Positions 41,901 to 53,034 of a stretch of 64,000 bases of DNA are shown piece after piece. This DNA comes from Candidatus Azobacteroides pseudotrichonymphae (GTDB lineage: Bacteria > Bacteroidota > Bacteroidia > Bacteroidales > Azobacteroidaceae). The DNA is taken from positions 124,520 to 188,519 of the forward strand of contig AP017913.1 in NCBI GenBank assembly GCA_002091395.1, given 5' to 3'. The notes beneath the pieces were generated by a model. The model saw only the letters and a program-made list of their open reading frames with translations, was not told the DNA's origin and did not search any database. Position 1 is the stretch's first letter. Each line of letters begins with the position of its first letter. The position numbers and the translations under genes are program-made.

Positions 41901-44435
41901 ATGAGATTAAAATTTTCTTTTGAAGAAGCATATCAAGATTCACTTGATTATTTTTGTGGTGATAAATTTGCTGCAAAAATATTTGTAAGTAAGTATGCAT
42001 TAAGAGATGCACAAGGCAATATTTATGAAAAAACTCCGGAAGATATGCATAGGAGATTGGCTAGAGAAATTGGAAGGATAGAAAAAAATTATCCAACTCC
42101 TATTACTGAAGAAACACTCTTTTATTTATTTGATAGATTTAAATATCTTATTCCTCAAGGAAGTCCAATGGCTGGAATAGGAAATAATTATCAGATAACT
42201 TCTTTATCTAATTGTTTTGTAATTGGGTTAGATGGGCATGCTGATTCGTATGGCGCTATTATTAAAATAGATGAAGAACAAGTACAATTGATGAAGCGTA
42301 GAGGTGGAGTTGGTCATGATTTATCTCATATACGTCCAGATGGATCTGTAGTTAGTAATTCTGCTTTAACATCTACTGGGATACTTCCATTCATGGAACG
42401 TTATTCGAATTCTACAAGAGAGGTAGCACAGGGAGGACGAAGAGGTGCTTTAATGTTATCCGTGTCAATAGAGCATCCAGATGCCGAATTGTTTATTGAT
42501 GCGAAGATGAAGGAAAATAAAATAACAGGAGCAAATGTTTCTGTTAAAATTACAGATGAATTTATGAAAGCTGTGATTTCTAATAGTATGTTTACTCAAC
42601 GATTTCCAGTTGAATCAAATGATCCAATTTATACGAGGGAAGTAAGAGCCAGGAATTTGTGGGAAAAAATTATTTATAATGCCTGGAAATCAGCTGAACC
42701 AGGAGTGTTATTTTGGGATACAATTTTAAAAGAATCAGTCCCTGATTGTTATGCTGATTTAGGATTTAGGACTATATCTACTAATCCATGTGGTGAGATA
42801 CCTTTATGTTCATATGATAGTTGTAGGTTGCTTTCTATTAATTTATTTTCTTATGTTAATAATCCATTTACTGAAAAAGCTCAATTTGATTTTGAGTTAT
42901 TTAAATCTCATGCGAAGATAGCTTTAAGGATTATGGACGATATTATTGATTTAGAGTTAGAAAAAATAGATAGTATTCTTACAAAAATAAATTTAGATCC
43001 TGAATTGTGTGATATAAAATGTACTGAAGAAAGATTATGGGGGAAAATTAGGCAAAAAACGGTACTTGGTAGGAGGGCAGGAGTTGGAATTACTGGAGAA
43101 GGTGATATGCTTGCGTCATTAGGATATTGTTATGGGTCTGAAGAGTCTATTTCTTTTGTAGAGCAGGTCCATAAGATTTTAGCTTTATCTGTTTATAGAA
43201 GTTCTGTAGATTTGGCAAAAGATCGTGGATCTTTTAAAATTTTTGATTTTAGAAGAGAAAAAAATAATCCGTTTATTAATCGTTTGAAAATAGCAGATCC
43301 ACATTTATTTGAAGACATGTCAAAATATGGTCGTAGAAATATTGCTTGTCTTACTATCGCTCCTACTGGAACTACTTCTTTAATGACACAAACTACATCT
43401 GGTATTGAACCAGTATTTTTGCCAGTTTATAAACGTAGACGTAAAGTGAATCCATCTGATATGGCAGCAAACATATCTTTTATAGATGAGCTTGGAGATT
43501 CTTGGGAAGAATATACAATTTTTCATCATAAGTTTGCATATTGGATGAAGATTAAAGGGTATCCAATCAAAAAAGATTATACTCAAAAAGAGATTGATGA
43601 TTTAATTTTAAGATCTCCTTATTATAAGGCTACTTCTAATGATATTGATTGGGTACAAAAGGTCAAAATGCAAGGACATATACAGAGATGGGTAGATCAT
43701 TCTATTAGCGTTACAATAAATTTGCCAAGTGATACAAATTTGGATTTAGTTGGCAAACTATATATGGAAGCTTGGAAATTAGGATGTAAAGGATGTACAA
43801 TATACAGATATGGGTCTCGTAATGGTATTTTAGTATCTGCATCAAAAAATGAAAAAGATTTAAAAAAAACTTTTTCATTGCCAGTTGTTGTTTCTAAACG
43901 GCCACGTAAATTGGAGGCTGATGTTGTGAGATTTCAAAATAATAAAGAAAAATGGATTGCATTTGTAGGACTTCTTGATAAGCGTCCTTATGAAATATTT
44001 ACAGGTATTAATGATGAAGAAATAGGTATTTTTTTACCTAAAAATATTTTAAAAGGTATTGTTATTAAAAATATAGATGTAAATGGGAATAAACGTTATG
44101 ATTTTCAATATGTTAATAAGAGAGGGTGTAAAACAACAATAGAAGGGCTTTCAACTAAATTCAATCCAGAATATTGGAATTATGCGAAATTAATTTCTGG
44201 AGTATTAAGATACGGAATGCCAGTAGAACAAGTTGTAGAGCTTGTACAGAGTTTACATTTCAATGATAGTTCTATTAATACTTGGAGAAATGGAGTTGAG
44301 AGAGCATTAAAAAAATATATAGGAATAGGTACTGAAATTAGTGGGAAGAAATGTCCAAATTGTGGACAGAAAAGTTTAATTTATCAAGAAGGATGTGTAA
44401 AATGTATTAGTTGTGGTAATTCTAGATGTGAATAG
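41901..44435 (+). CDS. nrdJ: Class II (adenosylcobalamin-dependent) ribonucleotide reductase, single chain
   Basis: 844 aa with the catalytic loop STNPCGEIPL. The N-terminus (FCGDKFAAKIFVSKYALRD) is typical of class II RNRs. It has a C-terminal 4-Cys tail (CPNCG...CVKCISCG) and no adjacent small-subunit gene. Confidence 0.88.
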   Translation: MRLKFSFEEAYQDSLDYFCGDKFAAKIFVSKYALRDAQGNIYEKTPEDMHRRLAREIGRIEKNYPTPITEETLFYLFDRFKYLIPQGSPMAGIGNNYQITSLSNCFVIGLDGHADSYGAIIKIDEEQVQLMKRRGGVGHDLSHIRPDGSVVSNSALTSTGILPFMERYSNSTREVAQGGRRGALMLSVSIEHPDAELFIDAKMKENKITGANVSVKITDEFMKAVISNSMFTQRFPVESNDPIYTREVRARNLWEKIIYNAWKSAEPGVLFWDTILKESVPDCYADLGFRTISTNPCGEIPLCSYDSCRLLSINLFSYVNNPFTEKAQFDFELFKSHAKIALRIMDDIIDLELEKIDSILTKINLDPELCDIKCTEERLWGKIRQKTVLGRRAGVGITGEGDMLASLGYCYGSEESISFVEQVHKILALSVYRSSVDLAKDRGSFKIFDFRREKNNPFINRLKIADPHLFEDMSKYGRRNIACLTIAPTGTTSLMTQTTSGIEPVFLPVYKRRRKVNPSDMAANISFIDELGDSWEEYTIFHHKFAYWMKIKGYPIKKDYTQKEIDDLILRSPYYKATSNDIDWVQKVKMQGHIQRWVDHSISVTINLPSDTNLDLVGKLYMEAWKLGCKGCTIYRYGSRNGILVSASKNEKDLKKTFSLPVVVSKRPRKLEADVVRFQNNKEKWIAFVGLLDKRPYEIFTGINDEEIGIFLPKNILKGIVIKNIDVNGNKRYDFQYVNKRGCKTTIEGLSTKFNPEYWNYAKLISGVLRYGMPVEQVVELVQSLHFNDSSINTWRNGVERALKKYIGIGTEISGKKCPNCGQKSLIYQEGCVKCISCGNSRCE

Positions 44436-44485
44436 TAATTTTTAATAAAATTTTTGATATTTTACTTGATAATAAGTTTGAATTT

Positions 44486-44523
44486 TAGAAAGGTAATATG
44501 AAGCTTTTTATGTTACCTTTCTA
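44486..44523. terminator. Hairpin between convergent nrdJ and permease genes (possible bidirectional terminator)
   Basis: TAGAAAGGTAA (44486-44496) pairs with TTACCTTTCTA (44513-44523). A G-U wobble and two more pairs extend the stem. TCTGTATTTTTT follows on the plus strand. Confidence 0.5.
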
Positions 44524-44575
44524 TCTGTATTTTTTAATGTTTATATAAATTTCAATATTAAACATATACTGTTTC

Positions 44576-46192
44576 CTATTTTTCAATAGGATAAAAACTA
44601 TACATTACAACATGAAATAATGCTATGGTTCCCAAAATGATTGTTTTTATTTGTATTTGTCTTAACGCTATTTGACATTGTTGAATTGTAATTAGGGTAA
44701 GAAGAACAACAGAAATACTTATTCCTACAAGTGATAATGTTCTAAAGTCATTTTTATCAGTAGATATCAATTTGCTATTTTTAAATCCGTAGAACGCATA
44801 TATGTCATACCCTACTAATATCCAAATAATCAGATTTATCCATGTATTAAATGATAAAAAAAACATCATAAAAATGCATGTGAGAATTCCTAGTATTGGA
44901 ATGTAAGGGACTAAAGGTACGCGAAAAGTACGAGGGATATCTGGTAATTTTTTCCTAGTAATTAAGATTCCAAAACAGATTATAATAAAAACTGTTAAAG
45001 TTCCTATACTTGATAATTCACTGGCTATCCTTGCAGGTATAAAAAGAGCACATATACTAATAATTGTCATACACAGCAAATTACTCTTATATGGTGTACG
45101 ATATTTGTAATGTATATGCGAAAATAGTTTTGGAAGTAATCCATCACAGCTTATAGAGTAGAAGATACGACTTTGCCCTAATAACATCACTAACATAACA
45201 GATATAAACCCTATTAGAATAGCTGGCATAATAGCATAACTTAATCCATGCCAGACTTTCATTTTACTAATAGCAACAGCTATTGGTGCTATTCCATCTT
45301 GGCCTTGAAAGTCCTTATAGTTTGCAACTCCTATCATAACAAGGGCAAAAAGTGTATATAATATTGTACATAAGACTAATGATCCCATAATTCCGATAGG
45401 AATATTACGCTGCGGATTTTTAGTCTCTTGTGCAGCAGTACTAACTGCATCAAAACCAACATAAGCAAAAAAAACTAAAGCAGCAGCACGAATAATTCCG
45501 CTAAATCCAAATTCACCCCATACACCAGTATTTCTAGGACAAAAAGGAACATAATTTTCTAAATTAATGGATTTACATCCTAAAATAATGAAGATAAGGA
45601 CTATGGATACTTTTAAAAAAACAATTATAGTATTTAGTTTTGAACTACTTTCCGTTCCTCGGATTAATAGTAAACTTACTAAAATAATAATGAAAAAAGC
45701 TGGTAAATTAAAAATTCCACCTTCCCATGGACCTGATGTCCATTTATTTGAAATATGTATTGAAAATTGTTCTAAAAACATTACAAAATAACGACTCCAA
45801 CTAATACTAACTGTAAGTGCTCCTACAGCGTATTCTAATACTAAATTCCATCCTATCACCCATGCTCCGATTTCACCTAAAGTAGCATAAGAGTATGAAT
45901 ACGCACTTCCAGCAACAGGTAACATTGATGCAAATTCAGCATAACATAACCCAGAAAAACAGCATCCAATTGCTGCGATTAAAAATGAAATAACAATAGA
46001 AGGCCCTGCATAGTTGCCAGCAGCAAGTCCAGTAATTGAAAATAATCCAGCGCCAATAATAGCTCCTAGCCCTAGTGCTATTAAACTTATTGGGCCAAAA
46101 GTTTTTTTTAACATGCCTTCTCCATTACATTTCTCGTTAGTTTTCACTTCATGAAGTAACGTAGAGATTTCTTTTGTTCTAAAAATACTCAT
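44576..46192 (-). CDS. APC-superfamily amino acid permease (cationic amino acid transporter-like)
   Basis: Many hydrophobic helices, with an N-terminal region (MSIFRTKEISTLL...LKKTFGPISLIALGLGAIIGAGLF) typical of this family. The start is placed at the ATG at 46192; the track ORF extends to 46255. Confidence 0.85.
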   Translation of the reverse strand: MSIFRTKEISTLLHEVKTNEKCNGEGMLKKTFGPISLIALGLGAIIGAGLFSITGLAAGNYAGPSIVISFLIAAIGCCFSGLCYAEFASMLPVAGSAYSYSYATLGEIGAWVIGWNLVLEYAVGALTVSISWSRYFVMFLEQFSIHISNKWTSGPWEGGIFNLPAFFIIILVSLLLIRGTESSSKLNTIIVFLKVSIVLIFIILGCKSINLENYVPFCPRNTGVWGEFGFSGIIRAAALVFFAYVGFDAVSTAAQETKNPQRNIPIGIMGSLVLCTILYTLFALVMIGVANYKDFQGQDGIAPIAVAISKMKVWHGLSYAIMPAILIGFISVMLVMLLGQSRIFYSISCDGLLPKLFSHIHYKYRTPYKSNLLCMTIISICALFIPARIASELSSIGTLTVFIIICFGILITRKKLPDIPRTFRVPLVPYIPILGILTCIFMMFFLSFNTWINLIIWILVGYDIYAFYGFKNSKLISTDKNDFRTLSLVGISISVVLLTLITIQQCQIALRQIQIKTIILGTIALFHVVMYSFYPIEK

Positions 46193-46335
46193 TAAATTTG
46201 AAAATTTGGATTTGTATTCATAGCACGAACTATTAAGTGAATCAAATATAGGCATTTTTAATTTTAAAATTTTAATTAATCTAAAGATTTTTTATTTTAC
46301 ATTTATAGCCTTTGAATTAAATCAATGTTAATTTT

Positions 46336-47544
46336 ATGGGGGTGGAAATTATGATAACTCAAGCGGTATTAGTTGGATTAGTTACTCATGAACAAAGTGA
46401 AGCGAAATTAAGTGAATATCTCGATGAATTAGAGTTTCTTGCAAAAACATTAGGAATACGATCAATAAAACGATTCACTCAACGATTAAATTGTTCAAAT
46501 TCTGTTAGTTTTGTAGGGAAAGGTAAGTTGCAAGAAATTAAAAATTTTGTTGAGAATAAAAATAATAAAGTCGATGTTGTTATTTTTGATGATGAACTTA
46601 GCCCTAAGCAAATCAAGAATGTAGAAACTTTTCTAAAAATCAAAATAATGGATCGAACAGCATTGATTTTAGATATTTTTGCTTTTCGTGCAAAAACTGC
46701 TCATTCAAAAAAACAAGTAGAATTAGCTAAGTGTATATATATGCTTCCTCGTTTATCTCATTTATGGACACATCTTGAGAGACAAAGTGGTGGTGGAAGT
46801 GATGGCTTTAGAATGCGAGGTCCAGGAGAAAGTCAATTGGAAACAGATCGTAGAATTATTCTTAATAAAATTGTTCGCTTGAAAGATGACCTTAAAAAAA
46901 TTAATAATCAAAAAGTTGTCCAAAGATATAATCGTAAACAGATGGTCCGTGTAGCTTTGGTTGGTTATACTAATGTTGGAAAATCTACGTTAATGAACGT
47001 ATTAAGTAAATCTAGCGTTTTCGCTGAAAACAAATTATTTGCAACTTTAGATACTACAGTCCGTAAAGTAACTATTGATAGTTTAGTTTTTCTTCTTACT
47101 GATACAGTCGGTTTTGTGCGTAAATTACCTGTTGAATTGATAAAGTCATTTAAATCTACACTTGATGAGATACGTGAAGCAGATTTGTTGATACATATTG
47201 TGGATATTTCTCATTCATCATTTAAAGATCAATTTAAAGTAGTAATGCAAACTTTAAGAGAAATAAATAGAGAAGAAAAACCTTTAATTACTGTTTTTAA
47301 CAAAATTGATTTGTTTTCAACGAAATTTCAAAGTGAAAATTTTTTAATTAAAAAAAGAATAGAAGATGTTTTATCAGGTGAATTGAATAAAATATGTATG
47401 AGTGAGTTTTATAAAGGTTATACATTTATTTCAGCGAAAACAAAGCAAAATATTTTAGAATTTAAACAAATGTTATATGATAAAATAAAGAAAATTTATA
47501 ATCAACGTTTTTTCTTACTTCATGGATGTAGTAATCTTATATAA
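46336..47544 (+). CDS. hflX: GTPase HflX
   Basis: 402 aa with an HflX N-domain and G motifs GYTNVGKSTLMN, DTVGFV and NKIDL. Confidence 0.92.
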   Translation: MGVEIMITQAVLVGLVTHEQSEAKLSEYLDELEFLAKTLGIRSIKRFTQRLNCSNSVSFVGKGKLQEIKNFVENKNNKVDVVIFDDELSPKQIKNVETFLKIKIMDRTALILDIFAFRAKTAHSKKQVELAKCIYMLPRLSHLWTHLERQSGGGSDGFRMRGPGESQLETDRRIILNKIVRLKDDLKKINNQKVVQRYNRKQMVRVALVGYTNVGKSTLMNVLSKSSVFAENKLFATLDTTVRKVTIDSLVFLLTDTVGFVRKLPVELIKSFKSTLDEIREADLLIHIVDISHSSFKDQFKVVMQTLREINREEKPLITVFNKIDLFSTKFQSENFLIKKRIEDVLSGELNKICMSEFYKGYTFISAKTKQNILEFKQMLYDKIKKIYNQRFFLLHGCSNLI

Positions 47545-47546
47545 TT

Positions 47547-47573
47547 AATTTTGAATTCAAGCAATTCAAAATT
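47547..47573. terminator. Hairpin between convergent hflX and uvrA (possible bidirectional terminator)
   Basis: 11-bp stem AATTTTGAATT/AATTCAAAATT with loop CAAGC, starting 3 nt after the hflX stop. The stem is AT-rich with one G-C pair. Confidence 0.4.
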
Positions 47574-47760
47574 TAAGATATGAATAAGTTTGATTTGTTC
47601 ATATCAATGATCATATGTAAAGAACTGAACCTATAAAATTTATGAGCAAGTGCAAAAATTATATTATTTAGAAAAGCTGTATTATTACAAAATTTCTGTA
47701 TTTTGCTCATTATAAATTTACATTGAATTTGAAAATCTGTTATAGACTTAACGGTTGGAA

Positions 47761-50559
47761 TCATTCTTTTATAAAATTTTTCTGAAAAAATTGTGAAGTG
47801 TGTCCTTTTTTTGATTTTATTAATTGTTCAGGAGTTCCTGTAAAGAGTATTTCTCCACCATTTTTGCCTCCGTCTGGCCCCATGTCTATTACATAGTCAG
47901 CAGATGTTATTACATCAAAGTTATGTTCTATAACAATTATAGTATTACCATTGTCAACTATTTGATTAATTATAAGTAGTAAAGTTTTTATATCTTCAAA
48001 ATGTAATCCAGTAGTTGGTTCATCAAGAATATAGAGCGTCTTCCCAGTGTTTTGTTTAGATAATTCAGCAGCAAGTTTTATTCGTTGACTTTCTCCTCCT
48101 GATAATGTAGTAGATGCTTGACCTAAACAAATGTAACCTAATCCTATTTTTTGTAAAACTTTTAATTTGTTTTTTACTTTTGGAAAGTATTTAAAAAATT
48201 TTATTGCATGATCAATCGTCATATTTAGTATGTCAGCAATAGATTTTTTTTTTAATTTGACGTTTAGTATTTTTTGATTATATCTACTCCCTTTACATCT
48301 ATCACAAATAATATATGTATCTGGCAAAAAATTCATTTTAATGATTTTATATCCACTTCCTTTACAAATTTCGCAATATCCATCTTTAACATTGAATGAA
48401 AAATGGCTGGATTTATATCCATTTATTTTTGATTCTGGAAGTTCAGCAAAAAGATTGCGTATATCAGAGAAAACATTAATATAAGTTGCTGGATTTGAAC
48501 GAGTTGTTTTTCCAATAGATAATTGATTCACATCAATTATTTTATCTATATTCTCCAATCCTTCTATTGATTTGTAAGGTAATGGTGTTGTTAGTGAATT
48601 ATATAATTTCTGGCTTATTATTGGTTGTAATGTCTTGTTAATTAAAGTTGATTTTCCACTGCCAGATACACCTGTTATGCAAATAAATTTGCCTAAAGGG
48701 AAAATGACATCTATGTTTTTTAAATTATTGCCATTTGCTCCTTTTAGAACAATAACTTTTCCATTCCCTTTTCTCCTTTTTGTTGTAAAAAATTTTATAT
48801 TCTTAAAATAAGAAGCGGTTAAAGTATTCGTTTCTAACAATTTATTAAAAGTTCCTGAAAAAACAATTTCTCCTCCTAATTTTCCGGCTTTTGGACCTAA
48901 GTCTATGATGTGATCTGCATTCATGATCATTTCTTTATCATGTTCAATTACGATAACCGAGTTCCCTATATCTCGTAATTGTTTTAATGCTTGTATTAAT
49001 GAAGTACTATCGCGTTGATGAAGACCAATACTTGGTTCATCTAATATATAAAGTACATTTGCTAACTGAGAACCAATTAATGTTATTAATTTAATTCGTT
49101 GATTTTCACCTGCTGATAATGAAATAGAAGTTCTATCAAGTGTAAGGTAACCCAATCCTAAATTTAATAAAAGTTTAATACGAGTTTGTATTTCTTTTAA
49201 TATTTCTTCCGTTATTTTTTTTTTATTTAGATCAAATTTAATAGAATTACTCCAATTAAGTAATTCTTGAATTTCCATTGATGACAAATCAGCAATATTT
49301 TTTTTATTCAAAAAAAAATGAAGCGATTCTTTATTTAATCTCTGTCCATTGCATTCTGGACATTTTGATGTTTTAATAAATTGATTTGCCCATTTAGCCG
49401 CTGAGCAAGAGTATTTTTGTTCTTTTTGTATAAAAATATATTTACATATTCCTTCAAATCGATATAAGTAGTTATAGTGAATTGTATTTGAATTAGATAT
49501 TTGATCTGTTGTTCCATTCATGATGTCATCAATTGCTTCTTTTGGAAAATCTTTCAAAGGAGTTTGTAAATTAATTTTATACTTGTTTAATATAATTTCT
49601 AATTGTTTAAAAATTCGTATTTTACGATATGTTCCTAAAGGTGCAATACCACCTTGATTAATACTTAATTCTGGATTTGGAATGATTAAATTTTTGTCTA
49701 TTTCGTTTATTTCACCAATTCCTTTACACTTTGGACAAGCTCCATATGGAGAATTGAAAGAAAAATTATGTGGAGCAGGGTCTCTGTATGACAATCCTGT
49801 TGAAGGACATGATAAATGCTGATTAAAATAACTAATATTCCCAGATTTTGATTCTAATACCATTAGATCTCCATTTCCATTTTGTATTGTTGTATGTATA
49901 CTATTTTTAATGCGTTTTCTGACTTTGTCAGTTATTATTAGTTTGTCTACAACTACTTCTATAGAGTGGTTTTGATAACGGTCAAGTTTTAAATCTGGAA
50001 TAATTTTTTGTATTTTCCCATCAATTCTAATGTTTAAGAATCCTTTTTTGGTCAATTGTTCAAATAATTCTTTGTGATGACCTTTTTTATTTTTAATTAT
50101 AGGGAATAGCAAGTATATTTTCATGCTTTTATAACGATTCATGATCAAATTTAAAATTTGTGGTTCAGTGTATTTAATCATTTTTTCACCGCTTATATAA
50201 GAATAAGCTTCGCTAGCTCTAGAAAAGAGCAGGCGTAGATAATCATAAATTTCGGTTATCGTGCCAACTGTTGAGCGTATATTCTTATTTATTGCATTTT
50301 GTTCAATAGCGATTGCTGGGATTAATCCTGTAATATAATCTACATCTGGTCGTTCTAAATTTGGAAGATAATGTAGAATGTGTGTTGGGAATGTGCTTAT
50401 GTATTGTCGTTGTCCTTCTATAAAAATAGTATCGAAAGCCAGTGAAGATTTGCCACTACCACTTACTCCTGTAATAACTGTGATACGATTATGTGGAATA
50501 GCCACATTTATATTTTTTAAATTGTGTACACGAGCACCTATTACGTTAATATATGACAT
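47761..50559 (-). CDS. uvrA: Excinuclease ABC subunit A
   Basis: 932 aa with two ABC modules (GVSGSGKSS and GVSGSGKST; LSAGENQR and LSGGESQR) and CxxC zinc-finger pairs (CPKCKG, CPECNG, CEICKG, CDRCKG). Confidence 0.97.
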   Translation of the reverse strand: MSYINVIGARVHNLKNINVAIPHNRITVITGVSGSGKSSLAFDTIFIEGQRQYISTFPTHILHYLPNLERPDVDYITGLIPAIAIEQNAINKNIRSTVGTITEIYDYLRLLFSRASEAYSYISGEKMIKYTEPQILNLIMNRYKSMKIYLLFPIIKNKKGHHKELFEQLTKKGFLNIRIDGKIQKIIPDLKLDRYQNHSIEVVVDKLIITDKVRKRIKNSIHTTIQNGNGDLMVLESKSGNISYFNQHLSCPSTGLSYRDPAPHNFSFNSPYGACPKCKGIGEINEIDKNLIIPNPELSINQGGIAPLGTYRKIRIFKQLEIILNKYKINLQTPLKDFPKEAIDDIMNGTTDQISNSNTIHYNYLYRFEGICKYIFIQKEQKYSCSAAKWANQFIKTSKCPECNGQRLNKESLHFFLNKKNIADLSSMEIQELLNWSNSIKFDLNKKKITEEILKEIQTRIKLLLNLGLGYLTLDRTSISLSAGENQRIKLITLIGSQLANVLYILDEPSIGLHQRDSTSLIQALKQLRDIGNSVIVIEHDKEMIMNADHIIDLGPKAGKLGGEIVFSGTFNKLLETNTLTASYFKNIKFFTTKRRKGNGKVIVLKGANGNNLKNIDVIFPLGKFICITGVSGSGKSTLINKTLQPIISQKLYNSLTTPLPYKSIEGLENIDKIIDVNQLSIGKTTRSNPATYINVFSDIRNLFAELPESKINGYKSSHFSFNVKDGYCEICKGSGYKIIKMNFLPDTYIICDRCKGSRYNQKILNVKLKKKSIADILNMTIDHAIKFFKYFPKVKNKLKVLQKIGLGYICLGQASTTLSGGESQRIKLAAELSKQNTGKTLYILDEPTTGLHFEDIKTLLLIINQIVDNGNTIIVIEHNFDVITSADYVIDMGPDGGKNGGEILFTGTPEQLIKSKKGHTSQFFQKNFIKE

Positions 50560-50572
50560 CGGCTTATTTTTT

Positions 50573-51451
50573 CTAGTAAATAACTTTTTTTCTTGCCAAG
50601 AGTGTGTTTTGAATTAATGATATAATTGTCATTGGACCAACTCCTCCAGGAACAGGGGAAATGTATGAACACTTTTGAGCAACTTCTTCAAAAAGTACAT
50701 CACCTTTTAGTTGAAATCCAGACTTATTTTTCATACTATAAACACGTGTTATCCCTACATCAATTACAACAGCACCATATTTGACCATGTCTCCTTTTAA
50801 AAATTCTGGAACACCGATTGCACTTACAATTATGTCTGCTTTCAAACAATGCTTCTTGATATTTATTGTTTTATTATGACAAATTGTTAGTGTACAATTG
50901 CCTGGATATGTTTTTTGTGCCAGTAAATTGGCAATTGGTTTTCCTACAATATTACTTCTTCCTAAGATTACACAATGTTTTCCAATTGTTTCAATTTTGT
51001 ACCTTTTTAATAATTCAAAAATGCCTTTTGGTGTTGCAGGTACAAAGCATGGAAGTCCGATAACCATTCGCCCAACATTAATAGGATGAAATCCATCAAC
51101 ATCTTTTTTGTAACTAATTGATTCTATAATTTTTTGTTCAGAAATATGTTTTGGTAACGGAAGTTGGATGATGAATCCATCTATATTTTCGTCTTTATTT
51201 AAATCATTAACAGTAGCCAATAATTTTGATTCTGTGACAGAATTTTCATAGTGAATGAGTGTGCATTGAACACCAACTTCTTTACAAATTTTAATTTTAT
51301 TCGTCACATATGTTTCACTGCTACTATTATTTCCAACTAGTACAACAGCCAAGTGTGGCGGGGCTCCTCCTTTGTTAGTAATTTGTTTTATTTCTTCGAT
51401 AATTTCTAATTTAATTTGTTTTGCAGTAGCGCGTCCATCTATAAGTATCAT
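50573..51451 (-). CDS. folD: Bifunctional methylenetetrahydrofolate dehydrogenase/cyclohydrolase
   Basis: 292 aa with motifs [27 protein letters not shown] and [11 protein letters not shown]. Confidence 0.94.
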   Translation of the reverse strand: MILIDGRATAKQIKLEIIEEIKQITNKGGAPPHLAVVLVGNNSSSETYVTNKIKICKEVGVQCTLIHYENSVTESKLLATVNDLNKDENIDGFIIQLPLPKHISEQKIIESISYKKDVDGFHPINVGRMVIGLPCFVPATPKGIFELLKRYKIETIGKHCVILGRSNIVGKPIANLLAQKTYPGNCTLTICHNKTINIKKHCLKADIIVSAIGVPEFLKGDMVKYGAVVIDVGITRVYSMKNKSGFQLKGDVLFEEVAQKCSYISPVPGGVGPMTIISLIQNTLLARKKVIY

Positions 51452-52335
51452 AATAAATTTTTAGTTATGTTTTGTATTTTTAGTTTAGTTTTATTGATAG
51501 CAATAATTAAGATTTTAAACAACTTATTTCTGTAGTAGCACAACAAATATAAACGAATTAATCTGATCGAAATTAACAAATTTTTACATTGATCAGACTA
51601 AAAATTGTTTTTTATTAATTTGTTTTGAATGTTAATTTTTACAAAAAAATATTTTATAAATTAGAATTCTAATACTTATTGCAATTTTAAAAAATATGTA
51701 ATTGTGTTAACATTCAAAAGTTGAATTTTGCTTAAAATAACTGAAATAGCTATTCAGTCATTTTAAATCATAGATGGAGCATAGATAATTAGAAATTTTA
51801 GTAATTAAAACTGATTTAAAAATATTTAAATCCAATATTAAAATACAATTATGAATTGTAACATTTTAATTGTAAGAAACATGCAAGTTATAAATGACTT
51901 ATTATCGTAATATTTACGTTCTAAACGTTTTTTATAAAAATACCTAAGTACCATAAATTATAACTAGTGTTATTAAAAATTGATAGTAGTTTAATGTATA
52001 CAATTGTTGTAATTACAATCTGTAATTAATCAAATTATATACCGAAATTAGTATAATAAATTATAGTAAGTTAAGTACTTATTTGGTTTTTAAAAATTAA
52101 AATGTATATTAAAAATATTTAAAACAACTAAAATGCATTTTAGTGTGTAAGTTTGTTTATCGATTTTATTAATTATAAAGTTTTAACAAAACTACTTTGT
52201 TATAAGTTAAGATAGAAAACTAAGCTGCTTAAGCTATTTTAAACTTATGATTAGATATATTTGTGGCAATTTGATAATTTCATATTTAAAGAGCTTTTAA
52301 TACTTATTTTGATTGTTTTTATGTTTGATTTATTG

Positions 52336-52410
52336 TGAATATTGCTGGATTCGAACCAGCGACCTTTGCCCTGTCAAGGCAGTGCTCTTAACCATCTGAG
52401 CTAAATATTC
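52336..52410 (-). tRNA. tRNA-Val (anticodon GAC)
   Basis: Reverse complement reads GAATATT TA GCTC AGATGGTTAA GAGC A CTGCC TT-GAC-AG GGCAA AGGTC GCTGG TTCGAAT CCAGC AATATTC A. There is one C-A mismatch at the top of the anticodon stem. Confidence 0.88.
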
Positions 52411-52437
52411 TTGTTGTAGTTTAATGAAACATGCTTG

Positions 52438-52445
52438 CAAACATA
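52438..52445 (-). promoter_or_regulatory. Candidate -7 promoter box (TAnnTTTG) for tRNA-Val(GAC)
   Basis: The minus strand reads TATGTTTG, 27 nt upstream of the tRNA 5' end. Confidence 0.3.
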
Positions 52446-53034
52446 AGAAAAATTGATATTTTTACGAATTTTTATAATTAAATGATAATTATTATTTAAC
52501 TGTATCTATTGTACAGCAAGCGTTTAAGATATAAGTCGGTGAGTTATGCCTTAAATTAATTAAATGTCAATATGGCATGCTTGAAAAACAAATATATTTT
52601 TGTTTTTAGTTTAAATACTAAAATTTAAAATAAAATCAAATTGTAAAAAATTAACATATTAATTTCGTTACATGTGATGGAGGGAATATTCATGATTGTA
52701 AAATCAGTGTATTTTTCTTAAAAAATTTGTTTTTAAATTTTTATATATTCTGTTAGTACAGATCAAGTAGCTTACTACATTTTTTGATAAAAATGTTATT
52801 TTTAATGTGAAACTAATTATAGTTAGGTGTGAAATGTTAGTGATATTGATTAATCGGCTATCAGAGGTATATTATTATGATTAGTAATTATGTTTGGAAG
52901 TAATAAAACTGCTATGGTATAATAATGTTTAAAATAGCGTAACTATAAAATTGTAATTTTATAGTTTGTAATAAGTTTTACTTAAGAATTAAGATTAACT
53001 ATTGCAAAATTGTAGTAAATTTTCGTCATCGAGT

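Noticed and set aside
41770-42012. An 80-aa minus-strand ORF overlapping the nrdJ start region.
   Set aside because: It is antisense to the nrdJ 5' end and promoter region, has low-complexity sequence, and has no motif or plausible partner gene.
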